Assembly (NCBI GenBank): GCA_016215455.1
Contig: JACRJP010000002.1
Location: forward strand, 87,622 to 151,621
DNA: 64,000 bases
DNA from: Candidatus Tayloriibacteriota bacterium
GTDB lineage: Bacteria; Patescibacteriota; Minisyncoccia; Phycocordibacterales; PALSA-1337
Direction: 5' to 3'
In this document: one piece after another, positions 41,264 through 51,101 of the stretch
Position numbering within the stretch: the stretch's first letter is position 1
Layout: each line of letters starts with the position of its first letter
Translations under genes and position numbers: made by a program
The notes under the pieces: model-generated
The model's database searches: none
Told to the model about the DNA's origin: nothing
Seen by the model: only the letters and a program-made list of their open reading frames with translations

Positions 41264-42579
41264 AAAAAAGCACAGCATCATTACTTATATTCATAGTTCT
41301 CCTCATTCTTGGAGGGATTGGTTGGTATGTCTATACAACAAAGATTGCCCCACAGACAGGCACAACAGGTACTGATCCTTTTGGAGGATTTAACCCACTT
41401 GGAGGAACTGGCTCTACAGCGGTACCAGCAAATAATCAGGTGCCTACAACCCCTGATAGTCCTACAACAACCACACCGACACCAACCAAACTTCCTTTAC
41501 TACGACAACTTACTATAACACCAGTAGCTGGGGCTATGGCTTCGACAACAGCATCTTCAACAATTGTAAGATATGTTGATCGTGGGGTAGGGCATATATA
41601 TGAAATATCTCTAACTTCAAATGATTCTCAAAAAATCACCAACACAACAATTCCTCGTGTCTATACAACAACATGGAACCGACAAGGTACAGCTGTCATT
41701 CTTCGCTATATCAAAGAGGGAAGTACAATAATTAGTAACTTCTACGCAGACATCATCCCTCCAAAGAAGATTGTTGCGTCCTCTTCACCAAAAACAGCAA
41801 CAAGTACAGCAACCTCAACTATCGTTTCAACCCCAACACCCGTACAAGATGTTGTTGGTGAATTAAAAGGAAGATTTTTCCCAAGTAATATAATTGATAT
41901 AGCTGTTTCACCAAAAGGAGATCGTCTTTTTATCCTGTCCGAGGAAGGTGAGGGGAGTGTTGGATACCTCTCTCGTTTTACCGGAGATACTCGAACACAG
42001 ATATTTAATTCTCCACTTACACAATGGAATGTTGATTGGAATAATGAAGATAGTATTATACTAACCACAAAGGCAACCTACGCAGGTGTAGGTTTTGCAT
42101 ATCTTATTGATCTCAAGAAAGGTACTACAGAAAAGATCCTAGGGCCTTTGCGAGCACTCACAACAAAAGCAAGTACTGATACAACACAGTTATTCTATAC
42201 TTCGAGCGTTGATGGTAAACGCTTTATCTCAAAGATATTTACTCTAAAAGACCAAACTTCTCAGGATGTTGTATTCAGAACTCTCCCTGAAAAGTGTGTG
42301 TGGAGTAAGAAAAACTCTTCAATTATATTCTGTGCGGTACCAACAGACTTACGTGATACAAACCTACCTGATAGTTGGTATCAAGGAAAGGTTTCTTTTG
42401 TTGATACAGTATGGGAACTTGATACAGAAACAGGGGAGGTTCGCCAATTATCTAATCTTCTTGATCAATCAGGAAAGATAATTGATGTTACCAATCCATT
42501 CTTAGATCCAAAAGAAAACTTCCTCATCTTCACAAACAAACGAGACTTGACCCTCTGGTCACTTGATATTCAAGACTAA
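41260..42579 (+). CDS. Membrane-anchored beta-propeller (TolB-like) protein
   Basis: TM anchor, Pro/Thr linker, SPKGD/WSK propeller-type motifs. Confidence 0.65.
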   Translation: MKKSTASLLIFIVLLILGGIGWYVYTTKIAPQTGTTGTDPFGGFNPLGGTGSTAVPANNQVPTTPDSPTTTTPTPTKLPLLRQLTITPVAGAMASTTASSTIVRYVDRGVGHIYEISLTSNDSQKITNTTIPRVYTTTWNRQGTAVILRYIKEGSTIISNFYADIIPPKKIVASSSPKTATSTATSTIVSTPTPVQDVVGELKGRFFPSNIIDIAVSPKGDRLFILSEEGEGSVGYLSRFTGDTRTQIFNSPLTQWNVDWNNEDSIILTTKATYAGVGFAYLIDLKKGTTEKILGPLRALTTKASTDTTQLFYTSSVDGKRFISKIFTLKDQTSQDVVFRTLPEKCVWSKKNSSIIFCAVPTDLRDTNLPDSWYQGKVSFVDTVWELDTETGEVRQLSNLLDQSGKIIDVTNPFLDPKENFLIFTNKRDLTLWSLDIQD

Positions 42580-42591
42580 CAACAGCTTTAT

Positions 42592-43347
42592 CTATTGGTT
42601 TTTTCGAGCAATTTGTCGACGCACCACAATCTCTTGGAAGATAGTAAATACATTTGAAACGATCCAGTATAGAGCAAAGATTGCTGCTGCCTTTGGTGCT
42701 TGGGTAGGAATGAGGAAATACGAAATAATAAACACCATAACAGGGAGAACGTACTTCATCTGCTTCATAGCATTTAACATAACTTCCTGACCAAAACCTT
42801 GGGTATTGTTTGCAGACTTTGCTGGAGTGGTCGCCTTAAGAGAGAAGTGGATCTGTACAAACTGTGAGACGGCAACAAAAAGAGATAGGACGAGACTTTT
42901 TTGAGTAATATCAATAAAACCAAAGAGAGTCATCTTAATAACAGGAACTGAAACAAAAGAGTAGAGATAACTTACATCAACAACAGGAAGACCCTTTTCA
43001 AACACTGAATACATCGCAATAAAGATAGGGAGTTGAATAATAAGTAGAAAGATACTTGAAAAAGGATTTACTTCTTTATCTTTATACATCTGCATTGTTG
43101 CTTTTGCCTGCTCTTCTTTGTTGTCTTTATATTTTTCACGAATCTTCGCAAGCTCAGGTTCAATTTCTTTCATTCGAGCCTGAGTAATAATAGACTTTCG
43201 AGAAAGAGGGAAGAGGATCAACCGAACAATACAAGTAAAAAGAATAACCGCAATTCCAGCATCTATTAATGGAACATAGTCCATGAGAAGGATGAGGATA
43301 TTGTAAAGTGGCTTAAAGACTATCGTTGAATATAAATATGAAAACAT
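42592..43347 (-). CDS. yidC: Membrane protein insertase YidC
   Basis: VRLILFPL, KYKDNKEEQ, IIQLPIF, ALYWIVSN; canonical position after rnpA. Confidence 0.93.
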   Translation of the reverse strand: MFSYLYSTIVFKPLYNILILLMDYVPLIDAGIAVILFTCIVRLILFPLSRKSIITQARMKEIEPELAKIREKYKDNKEEQAKATMQMYKDKEVNPFSSIFLLIIQLPIFIAMYSVFEKGLPVVDVSYLYSFVSVPVIKMTLFGFIDITQKSLVLSLFVAVSQFVQIHFSLKATTPAKSANNTQGFGQEVMLNAMKQMKYVLPVMVFIISYFLIPTQAPKAAAIFALYWIVSNVFTIFQEIVVRRQIARKNQ

Positions 43348-43356
43348 TGTCTTTTA

Positions 43357-43692
43357 TTATATAAGAGAACCCTTTAAAAGGACATTCTTAATTTCGGTTG
43401 TTAATTGTTCTGGCGAGAGGTCTTTTATGTTTGTCTTAAGGACAAGCACCCCTTCATACCCTGGCCGTAGCTCAACCATAAGGTTTTTTAGGCTAGCGTA
43501 CACTCGGCGACGGAGTAAGTTCCTCATAACCGCTGTTGTAGCGACTTTCTTAGGGATTGTAACAGAAAACCGGCTCTGTACAGCGCCGGTTTTCTGAATT
43601 CTCATAAGAAAACGAGGGGAGTGTATTGGTGTTCCCGAAGTAACAACTCGAGCAAATTCTTCGCTTCGAAGTGTACGTGATCGTGGAAGCAT
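43357..43692 (-). CDS. rnpA: Ribonuclease P protein component
   Basis: EFARV, KKVATTAVMRNLLRRR (RNR motif); synteny. Confidence 0.9.
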   Translation of the reverse strand: MLPRSRTLRSEEFARVVTSGTPIHSPRFLMRIQKTGAVQSRFSVTIPKKVATTAVMRNLLRRRVYASLKNLMVELRPGYEGVLVLKTNIKDLSPEQLTTEIKNVLLKGSLI

Positions 43693-43695
43693 GTA

Positions 43696-43830
43696 TTACA
43701 CTGTAATTCGTCGACGTCCTTTTGATCGACGTCGCTTCATAACATTCTTTCCTGCTGTCGACTTTCGACGCTTCAAGAAACCATGTGACCGAGCTCTCTT
43801 TCTTCCTTTAGGTTGATACGTTGTTGACAT
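43696..43830 (-). CDS. rpmH: 50S ribosomal protein L34 (not in the ORF track)
   Basis: Hand translation MSTTYQPKGRKRARSHGFLKRRKSTAGKNVMKRRRSKGRRRITV. Confidence 0.95.
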   Translation of the reverse strand: MSTTYQPKGRKRARSHGFLKRRKSTAGKNVMKRRRSKGRRRITV

Positions 43831-44010
43831 AACAAAACAACTCTACAGTAAATTTGTATTTTTTTCAAGTGGTTCTTGAGAGGGGAGTAAAAAATATTGC
43901 AGAATTTTTTTTCCACAACTTATCAACATAGTTATAAACTTTCCACAAGTTCTCTAAAATATTAACAACGATATACTATGTTCATCGAATTACTATTTTA
44001 AAAACACATC
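43831..44010. promoter_or_regulatory. rpmH-dnaA intergenic region with DnaA boxes (oriC part 1)
   Basis: TTTTCCACA 43909-43917, TTATCAACA 43920-43928, CTTTCCACA 43939-43947. Confidence 0.7.
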
Positions 44011-45363
44011 ATGATGACAGATACAACCAAACTCTGGCAAACGGTACTTACTGAAATCGAACTTTCTGTTTCAAAGGCAAATTTTTTGATGTGGTTCAAG
44101 GAAACTTATATTCAAAAGGTTCATGAGGGAGTGGTGTATCTCGGTGTTCCAAGTACTTTTATTCAAGAATGGCTTAATAAGAAGTTTCATAACATCATTT
44201 TACGAGTCCTTCGTGAATCTGATGGCCAAATTCGAGCTTTAGAGTATGTGGTTGTAAAAGATGCAGAGAAACGTAAGGAGGAACCTCAAAAAATAGCAGC
44301 TCAACAGATGACTTCAAGTCTTCCTTTGAATGATTACTATATAAATAAGGACGATAACCTTAATCCTCGATACACTTTTGATAATTTTATCGTTGGACCA
44401 TTCAATGAACTTGCTTTTGCAGCAGCACAAGCAATCATTAAAAAGCCCGGAACCGCATATAATCCATTTTTCATATATGGAAGCACTGGTCATGGTAAAA
44501 CACACCTCATCCAAGCAATAGGGAATCATATAAAAGAGACTCATCCAGGGAAAAAGGTCTTCTATCTCACTTCAGAAAAGTTTGGATCTGACTATGTAAG
44601 CTCTCTACAGGCAAATAAAATTCTTGCTTTCAAGGAAAAGTATCGTAAATACGATGTTTTGATCATTGATGATATCCAATTCTTCTCAAACAAGGAGAAA
44701 TCACAAGAAGAACTCTTCCATTTATTCAACTCTCTCTATGAGGGGAATAAGCAGATCATATTCTCATCAGACAAACACCCTAATTTCATCCCAAATCTCG
44801 AGGATAGACTTCGTTCACGCTTCGGTTCAGGAATGATTATTGATATTCCTATCCCTGATCACGAATCTCGGCTCCAGATTCTTCAAGCAAAAGGTAAGAT
44901 GAATAACCTTAGTATTGATAATGAAGTAGCTCAATTCTTAGCCGCAAATGTAGAGGGAAGTATTCGAGAGCTTGAAGGTGTACTTAATGCGATTATCTGC
45001 CAAACACAACTAAAAGGACGTGCTCTAAGTCTTCTTGAGGTAAAAAATCTTATTAAAAACAGTTCTCGACCTAAAAAAACAGCTTCAGTGAAGGATGTTA
45101 TCAAACTTGTAGCTGATTTCTATAAAATTAGTGAAGATAGTATCTATGACAAGACACGAAAAAAAGAAGTAGTTAAACCTCGTCAGGTAATTATGTACAT
45201 CCTCCGTGAAGATTTCAGTATTTCATATCCATCTATCGGTGAAAAACTTGGTGGGAGAGATCATACTACTGTTATTCACTCTTGTGAGAAGGTAAAAGAG
45301 GATATTAAGGTTGATAGTAACCTCGTACAAGAACTTTCTGAGATTCGTGCGATGATGGCATAA
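44011..45363 (+). CDS. dnaA: Chromosomal replication initiator DnaA
   Basis: LNPRYTFDNF, GSTGHGKTHL, IDDIQF, RELEG, GGRDHTTVIH. Confidence 0.98.
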   Translation: MMTDTTKLWQTVLTEIELSVSKANFLMWFKETYIQKVHEGVVYLGVPSTFIQEWLNKKFHNIILRVLRESDGQIRALEYVVVKDAEKRKEEPQKIAAQQMTSSLPLNDYYINKDDNLNPRYTFDNFIVGPFNELAFAAAQAIIKKPGTAYNPFFIYGSTGHGKTHLIQAIGNHIKETHPGKKVFYLTSEKFGSDYVSSLQANKILAFKEKYRKYDVLIIDDIQFFSNKEKSQEELFHLFNSLYEGNKQIIFSSDKHPNFIPNLEDRLRSRFGSGMIIDIPIPDHESRLQILQAKGKMNNLSIDNEVAQFLAANVEGSIRELEGVLNAIICQTQLKGRALSLLEVKNLIKNSSRPKKTASVKDVIKLVADFYKISEDSIYDKTRKKEVVKPRQVIMYILREDFSISYPSIGEKLGGRDHTTVIHSCEKVKEDIKVDSNLVQELSEIRAMMA

Positions 45364-45601
45364 AATATTGTGGATATTCTTGTGAGTAAGTTGGGGAATA
45401 CATAATCAAAAGTCTGTGAGTAGTTGAGGATAAGTTTGTTTTTTAAAAAATATTTCCAGATATATGTGAGTAACTCTAATAGAGTGTGGATTATTTTTTA
45501 CAAATTATAAGGCTTTGATTAGGTGTATAATTGAGTTATACCCAAATCCACAGGACTAATAATGGTGAGTTGGTCTAAATATAAAATAAATACTAATACT
45601 T
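45364..45601. promoter_or_regulatory. dnaA-dnaN intergenic origin region (oriC part 2)
   Basis: Degenerate DnaA boxes TGTGGATAT 45369, TGAGGATAA 45425, TGTGGATTA 45485, TTATACCCA/AAATCCACA ~45536-45552, then an AT-rich tract. Confidence 0.75.
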
Positions 45602-46702
45602 ATGAAAATAGAATGCGTTCGGGATAAGTTAGTTCCAATCCTCCAAAGTGTTGAACGTATTGCGAGTAAGAATCTTTCACTCCCAATACTTTCTTGTATT
45701 TATTTGGAAGCAAAAGATAGTGAATTAATCCTACGAACAACAAATCTTGATGTTGGTGTTGAGATTAGAGTACCTGCAAAAGTTGAAGTTCCTGGTGTAG
45801 TTGCTATTGGAGCCTCAATCCTTACAAGTTTTGTTGCGAGTGTAACACTTGATAAGAATATTAAATTTGAGCTCATTGAGGGTAATCTAAAGGTTACAAC
45901 TGCGCATAACTCAACAATTTTGAAAGCTCAACCAGCGGATGATTTTCCTGCTCTTCCTTCTATTTCAAGCGACGATATGTTTCTTATCAATTCACAAGAT
46001 TTCCTTAAGGGGTTAAAATCTGTGTCATATAGTGCTTCTGTTTCAGGGGTTAAGCCGGAACTCTCAAGTGTTTGTGTGTATTGTGAAGACGGTAATGTTG
46101 TTTTTGTTGCTACAGACTCATTTCGTCTCGCTGAAAAGAAAATAAAGGCTCGAAAAAGTAAGGATTTTGGTCAGATACTCATTCCTGTGAAGAATGTAGT
46201 TGATATTATTCGTGTATTCGATGGAATTGATGCCGATCTTGAGATTGGTTTGAGTAAGAATCAACTCACTATCACATATGAATCAATCTATTTTGTTTCT
46301 CGTGTTATTGATGGAATCTTTCCTGACTACAAACAAATTCTTCCAAAACAATCTACCACTGAAGTGGTAGTACTGAAAAACGATCTAATCGACGCGCTAA
46401 AGCTCTCAAACCTTTTTTCGGATAAGTTCCATCAGGTTAAGATTTCTGTGTCACCAAGCTCAAAATCATTCGAATTAAAAGCAAAGAGTAATGATATTGG
46501 AGAAAATGTTCGTAAGATTGACGCGACATTAGAAGGGGATGATGTTGAAGTTAATTTTAATCAAAAATATATTACGGATTGTTTTCAATCAATCGACGCT
46601 GATAGTATGAGTCTTAGTTTAAGTGGACTTAATCGCCCGATGATTATCCATCCTGTCGGTGGAGGTCAGTTTACTTACCTTGTAATGCCAATGAACCGTT
46701 AG
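45602..46702 (+). CDS. dnaN: DNA polymerase III beta sliding clamp
   Basis: ATDSFRLA, FPDYKQI, YLVMPM; follows dnaA. Confidence 0.96.
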   Translation: MKIECVRDKLVPILQSVERIASKNLSLPILSCIYLEAKDSELILRTTNLDVGVEIRVPAKVEVPGVVAIGASILTSFVASVTLDKNIKFELIEGNLKVTTAHNSTILKAQPADDFPALPSISSDDMFLINSQDFLKGLKSVSYSASVSGVKPELSSVCVYCEDGNVVFVATDSFRLAEKKIKARKSKDFGQILIPVKNVVDIIRVFDGIDADLEIGLSKNQLTITYESIYFVSRVIDGIFPDYKQILPKQSTTEVVVLKNDLIDALKLSNLFSDKFHQVKISVSPSSKSFELKAKSNDIGENVRKIDATLEGDDVEVNFNQKYITDCFQSIDADSMSLSLSGLNRPMIIHPVGGGQFTYLVMPMNR

Positions 46703-46703
46703 T

Positions 46704-46961
46704 ATGTTTAATATAAGCCAATTTCTTGAACGTTTTAAACACCTTGAAACAAACGAAACAGGAATGCGGTCGGCAATCTCCGATGCTATTCATCAGATTG
46801 TAGGGGTTAATGTTCCTCTTGAGGCAATTTCATATAAAAATAGTGTTATTAGTCTAAAAATAGATGGGGCACTCAAGAGTGAGTTGTATATAAAGAAGCA
46901 AAAAATGTTTGATATGCTCAAAAAAACACTTCCTCATCTTAAGGATATTCGTTTTTCTTAG
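46704..46961 (+). CDS. Probable DciA (DUF721) helicase-loading factor
   Basis: 85 aa directly after dnaN; ISLKI..LKSELYIKKQK..L..LKDIRF pattern resembles DUF721. Confidence 0.5.
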   Translation: MFNISQFLERFKHLETNETGMRSAISDAIHQIVGVNVPLEAISYKNSVISLKIDGALKSELYIKKQKMFDMLKKTLPHLKDIRFS

Positions 46962-46972
46962 TAGATTTGTAA

Positions 46973-49495
46973 CTAACGACCTATTGGAAGGGTAAGGGTA
47001 GCTTCTCCTTTGTTAAGAATGTCGTCATACATTACAACTCGGATTTCTGCTCTATTTCCAAGGTTTGAGATACTGTTTGGAATAAAACTATATGAGAAAG
47101 GATTTTGTTCGTCAGATCCAAGATATGTGTTATTCACAAAAAACTCTGCACGTTTAATATTCATCTTACTTATTGCGGTTGCTGAGATGGTAATTCTGTC
47201 ATCTTTATAGAACTTACTATCCGAAGTAGGGGAGGTGATGGTTACCTTAGGGAAATTTTCAGGCACATGAACATCGTCAGTTGCTGTCGGTTTTACAAAA
47301 GCCCCACCCTCAACAAATCCTGGATTTCTTGCTTTCCATTCTTCAACCCACTTTCGTACACCATATTCCCAATTATTAAATTGATTATCAGACGCTGGAT
47401 TTGTTGGAACTTCTCCGTTTGGATTATCTTTATCGAGCCAGTAGAGGATAGAGTGAACATTATTTTGAACAATCTCCTCTTTGAATTCTATCGGAGTATA
47501 GTCAGTCGCAAGTTTTCCTGAGATTTTGTCACGGAAGTATGAATTACCACCTCTCCAGACACCTCGAAGAACAGGTTTAAGGTTGTCGGGTAGGGGTTCT
47601 GGTTTTTGAAAATGACTAACAGGTTGATTTTTAACAACCTCAGTAAAGAGAGCAGCCCATACAGGGGCAATAACAAGACCAGCAACTTTCTTTTCCATTG
47701 CGGTGTTGTCATTTTTTCCTGCCCAAGCACCAATCACAAGATCAGGTGTATATCCCTCAATCCATACGTCACGGTAGTCGTTTGTTGTACCTGTTTTAAC
47801 CGCAACCTCACGACGCATTGGTTCGATGAGAGTGTTAAGACTCTCAAGTCGTACTGATGGGTCAGAAAGTGCGTCGTTTATTTGGCGAGCGACATTTTGG
47901 GGAATTGCTTGGATAGGATTTTCTGTTGCTTGTTCAAGTATATTACCATCAGCATCTTTAACCATGAGAACGGCTCGGGTATCATTACGAACGCCATCAT
48001 TAGCAAACACACCATAAGCACCAGTGATTTCAAGAAGGGAAACTTCTCCACCTCCGAGAACAAGAGTGAGACCGTAACGATTTGGGTCCTTAAGGGTAGT
48101 AATACCCATATTTTCCGCTGTATGGATTGAGTCTTTGATACCAGCAAGGTAGAGGGTTTTTACTGCAGGAATGTTACGTGAGTGTGCTAAAGCCTTCTTC
48201 ATTGTTTCTGGACCCTCAAAAAGACCGTCGTAGTTTTCTGGAGAATAACATTTTGCAGATGTGTTTTTTGGTGTTCCATCCGGGTTACATTCACTCGAGA
48301 ATTCTGTTTTGACATCAAAAAGGATAGTCTCTGGTGTGTAACCTTTTTGGAATGCTGTTGCATATACAAAAGGTTTAAATGCCGATCCAGGCTGACGGAA
48401 TGCAGTTGTAATATTGAAGTTTCCATCAATTCTCTTGTCATAGTAATCACGAGAACCAATCATCATGAGAATATCTCCTGTTTTTGGACTAATACCCACC
48501 ATTGCTGTGTTACTTGCTCCAAAATCAGCTTCAAGGCGGGGTGCAAAACCACGAACAACCTCCTCTGCTTTTTCTTGTAAGCTGTAATCAAGTGTTGTAA
48601 TAACAGAAAGACCTCCTTGCTCAACAGTTTCTTCTCCATACTTATCTACAAGATATTGTTTTACATACAAAGAGAAATGAGGGGCACGTATATTAGTGTT
48701 TGTTTTTTCACGAAACACTACAACTTCCTTGCTCGCTATATCGTAGTCTTCTTGTGTAATAAATTTATTTTCTAACATCTTGCGAAGAACAAGTTGTTGT
48801 CGCTTATCGAGAGCTTCTTTATTTTTGCCGTAAGGGGAATAGAAGGTTGGTGCTTGAGGAATTGCGGCAATATAGGCAGCCTCACTCAATGTTACATCTT
48901 TTGCTGACTTACCAAAGAATAGGCGACTCGCTTCCTCAACACCGTACACACTTCCTCCATAAGGGGTTTCGTTGAGATATGTACTTAAAATCTGGTCTTT
49001 TGTAAGGATTTTTTCAACTTTTACTGCCAAAACCCATTCTTTGAGTTTTCGGGTGATAGTCTTGTCTTTAGTAAGAACACTGTTTTTGATAACTTGTTGA
49101 GTGATTGTTGATCCTCCTTGGGTAAGGCCTCCTGGAATAAGGTCAGCAATGATGGCACGGAGAATTGCAGTTGGTTTGATACCAATATGTTGATAAAACT
49201 CGTTATCCTCAATAGAAATTGTTGCATTTTTGATATTTTGAGAGATATCTTCGAAAGGGATTATGGTTCGTTTGGTGTTCTCGTGAATATCGTAGAGGAG
49301 TATTTTCCCGGTACGATCAAATATTTTTGTTGATTGGGCTATTTTACGCTGAGAAAAAGCGCTAATATCAGGCATTTTAAGGTTGGCAAGCCAGATAATT
49401 CCAGCACCCCCAACAAACAGCATAATGGCCAAACCGAGTATTACAAGCTCTTTCCAAAGTTTTTTAGATCTAAAAAAACCACGTTTTCTTGTCAT
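46973..49495 (-). CDS. Class A penicillin-binding protein (PBP1A family) with C-terminal Ig-like domain
   Basis: EDNEFYQH, GGSTITQQ, RKLKE transglycosylase motifs; GSAFK, SRN, KTGT transpeptidase motifs. Confidence 0.93.
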   Translation of the reverse strand: MTRKRGFFRSKKLWKELVILGLAIMLFVGGAGIIWLANLKMPDISAFSQRKIAQSTKIFDRTGKILLYDIHENTKRTIIPFEDISQNIKNATISIEDNEFYQHIGIKPTAILRAIIADLIPGGLTQGGSTITQQVIKNSVLTKDKTITRKLKEWVLAVKVEKILTKDQILSTYLNETPYGGSVYGVEEASRLFFGKSAKDVTLSEAAYIAAIPQAPTFYSPYGKNKEALDKRQQLVLRKMLENKFITQEDYDIASKEVVVFREKTNTNIRAPHFSLYVKQYLVDKYGEETVEQGGLSVITTLDYSLQEKAEEVVRGFAPRLEADFGASNTAMVGISPKTGDILMMIGSRDYYDKRIDGNFNITTAFRQPGSAFKPFVYATAFQKGYTPETILFDVKTEFSSECNPDGTPKNTSAKCYSPENYDGLFEGPETMKKALAHSRNIPAVKTLYLAGIKDSIHTAENMGITTLKDPNRYGLTLVLGGGEVSLLEITGAYGVFANDGVRNDTRAVLMVKDADGNILEQATENPIQAIPQNVARQINDALSDPSVRLESLNTLIEPMRREVAVKTGTTNDYRDVWIEGYTPDLVIGAWAGKNDNTAMEKKVAGLVIAPVWAALFTEVVKNQPVSHFQKPEPLPDNLKPVLRGVWRGGNSYFRDKISGKLATDYTPIEFKEEIVQNNVHSILYWLDKDNPNGEVPTNPASDNQFNNWEYGVRKWVEEWKARNPGFVEGGAFVKPTATDDVHVPENFPKVTITSPTSDSKFYKDDRITISATAISKMNIKRAEFFVNNTYLGSDEQNPFSYSFIPNSISNLGNRAEIRVVMYDDILNKGEATLTLPIGR

Positions 49496-49523
49496 TCTCA
49501 CCATTCTAGCATATTATTTTGAC

Positions 49524-50747
49524 ATGTTTTGGAAACGAAAAATAACTACTGTTACTGACCCGGCACGGATAGATGCTTTTCTTGATCGTGGTATTGAAAA
49601 TGTATATCCAAATAAAGAATTTGTTCGGGCAAAAATGCTCCGTGGAGAACGACTATCAATGTTTCTTGGTATTGATCCAACAGGTCCAACACTTCATTTA
49701 GGTCATGTTATTCCAATAAAAAAACTTCAAGAGTTCCAACAATTGGGTCATCAGGCAATTTTACTCATCGGCGACTTTACAGGAATGATAGGTGATCCAA
49801 CGGATAAGAGTGCAACACGTAAAAAACTCACTCGTGAACAAGTTCTTTCTAATGCTTCTCTTTATAAGCAGCAGGCAGCAAAGTTTCTTGATTTCACAGG
49901 TCCTAATAAGGCATTAATAAAATACAACAACGACTGGCTCGGAAAAATGAACTTTGCTGAGGTTCTTGAACTTGCATCCCTTATGACAGTTGATCAGATG
50001 TTGAAACGAGATATGTTTCAAAAGAGAATCGAAGAGGGTAATCCTATTTATATTCATGAATTTTTGTACCCACTTCTTCAGGGATATGACAGTGTTGCGA
50101 TGAATGTAGATGGAGAGGTTGGAGGTAATGATCAAACATTTAACATGCTTGCTGGACGCGATCTTGTAAAGGCAATTAATAAAAAGGAAAAGTTTGTCAT
50201 TGCAAGTAAACTCCTTGTTGATTCGACAGGTAAGAAAATGGGGAAGACTGAGGGGAATATGGTAAGTCTTAATCAAACAGCAGATCAGATGTTTGGAAGT
50301 GTTTTGAGTTGGTCAGACGGACTCATCATTCCAGGACTTGAAATTTGTACCAACATATCTCTTGATGAGATTCGTGTAATTGAGAACAAAATGAAGGAGG
50401 GAATGAATCCTCGAGACGCTAAGGTTCTTCTCGCAAAAGAGATTGTTGGTATGTATCACGGAAAAGAAGCCGCTGACAAAGCAGAACAAAACTTCATTAA
50501 GACATTTAAAGAAGGAGCCTTACCAGAAGACGTTCAAACTGTTGCTGTCGCGAAGGGTGAGAAACTTGTTGATATTCTTGTTAAAGAAAAATTAGTTGAA
50601 TCAAAGAGTGATTTCCGTCGCCTCATTGAAGGTAATGCAGTATCAGTTATTGGAGGAGATGTTATTACATCACCTGACTACAGCATTGACGGGCCAGTTA
50701 AGATCAAGGTGGGTAAGCGTCGGTTTATTAGTATCGAGGTTCGTTAA
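49524..50747 (+). CDS. tyrS: Tyrosine--tRNA ligase
   Basis: GIDPTGPTLHLGH, YPLLQGYD, GGNDQ, KMGKT, C-terminal S4 domain; start moved to ATG 49524. Confidence 0.96.
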   Translation: MFWKRKITTVTDPARIDAFLDRGIENVYPNKEFVRAKMLRGERLSMFLGIDPTGPTLHLGHVIPIKKLQEFQQLGHQAILLIGDFTGMIGDPTDKSATRKKLTREQVLSNASLYKQQAAKFLDFTGPNKALIKYNNDWLGKMNFAEVLELASLMTVDQMLKRDMFQKRIEEGNPIYIHEFLYPLLQGYDSVAMNVDGEVGGNDQTFNMLAGRDLVKAINKKEKFVIASKLLVDSTGKKMGKTEGNMVSLNQTADQMFGSVLSWSDGLIIPGLEICTNISLDEIRVIENKMKEGMNPRDAKVLLAKEIVGMYHGKEAADKAEQNFIKTFKEGALPEDVQTVAVAKGEKLVDILVKEKLVESKSDFRRLIEGNAVSVIGGDVITSPDYSIDGPVKIKVGKRRFISIEVR

Positions 50748-50748
50748 T

Positions 50749-50782
50749 AACAAAAAAACCGCCCTTGAGCGGTTTTTTTGTT
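50749..50782. terminator. Bidirectional terminator
   Basis: AACAAAAAAACCGC-ccttga-GCGGTTTTTTTGTT. Confidence 0.8.
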
Positions 50783-50783
50783 A

Positions 50784-50990
50784 TTATTCTTCCCACTTAT
50801 CACCGAATGGATTGATATCACTTTCATCAAGACTCTCCTCATCTTCCTCAGTTTTAACTCCTTCTGTTTCGATTTCCTCGTCTGTGGTGTCTTCGTCTCC
50901 AAGAATAAGGTCAGGGTCTACTATCTTTGTTTCGTCGTCCTTTTCTTCCTCGTCTTTTAGGTTTGTTGTTACGTCTCTTTCGTCGCTCAT
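50784..50990 (-). CDS. Small, extremely acidic protein
   Basis: 68 aa, nearly half D/E, ends NPFGDKWEE; followed by a terminator. Confidence 0.65.
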   Translation of the reverse strand: MSDERDVTTNLKDEEEKDDETKIVDPDLILGDEDTTDEEIETEGVKTEEDEESLDESDINPFGDKWEE

Positions 50991-51101
50991 ACTAAATTAA
51001 TTACTGCTCATAATTTGTGATTGTATAGTTGTAACACATTCTATTTTCTTTGCAAGATTTTCAGAAGAATCTTTTTGTGGAAAAGTGTATTTTTTCAAAA
51101 A

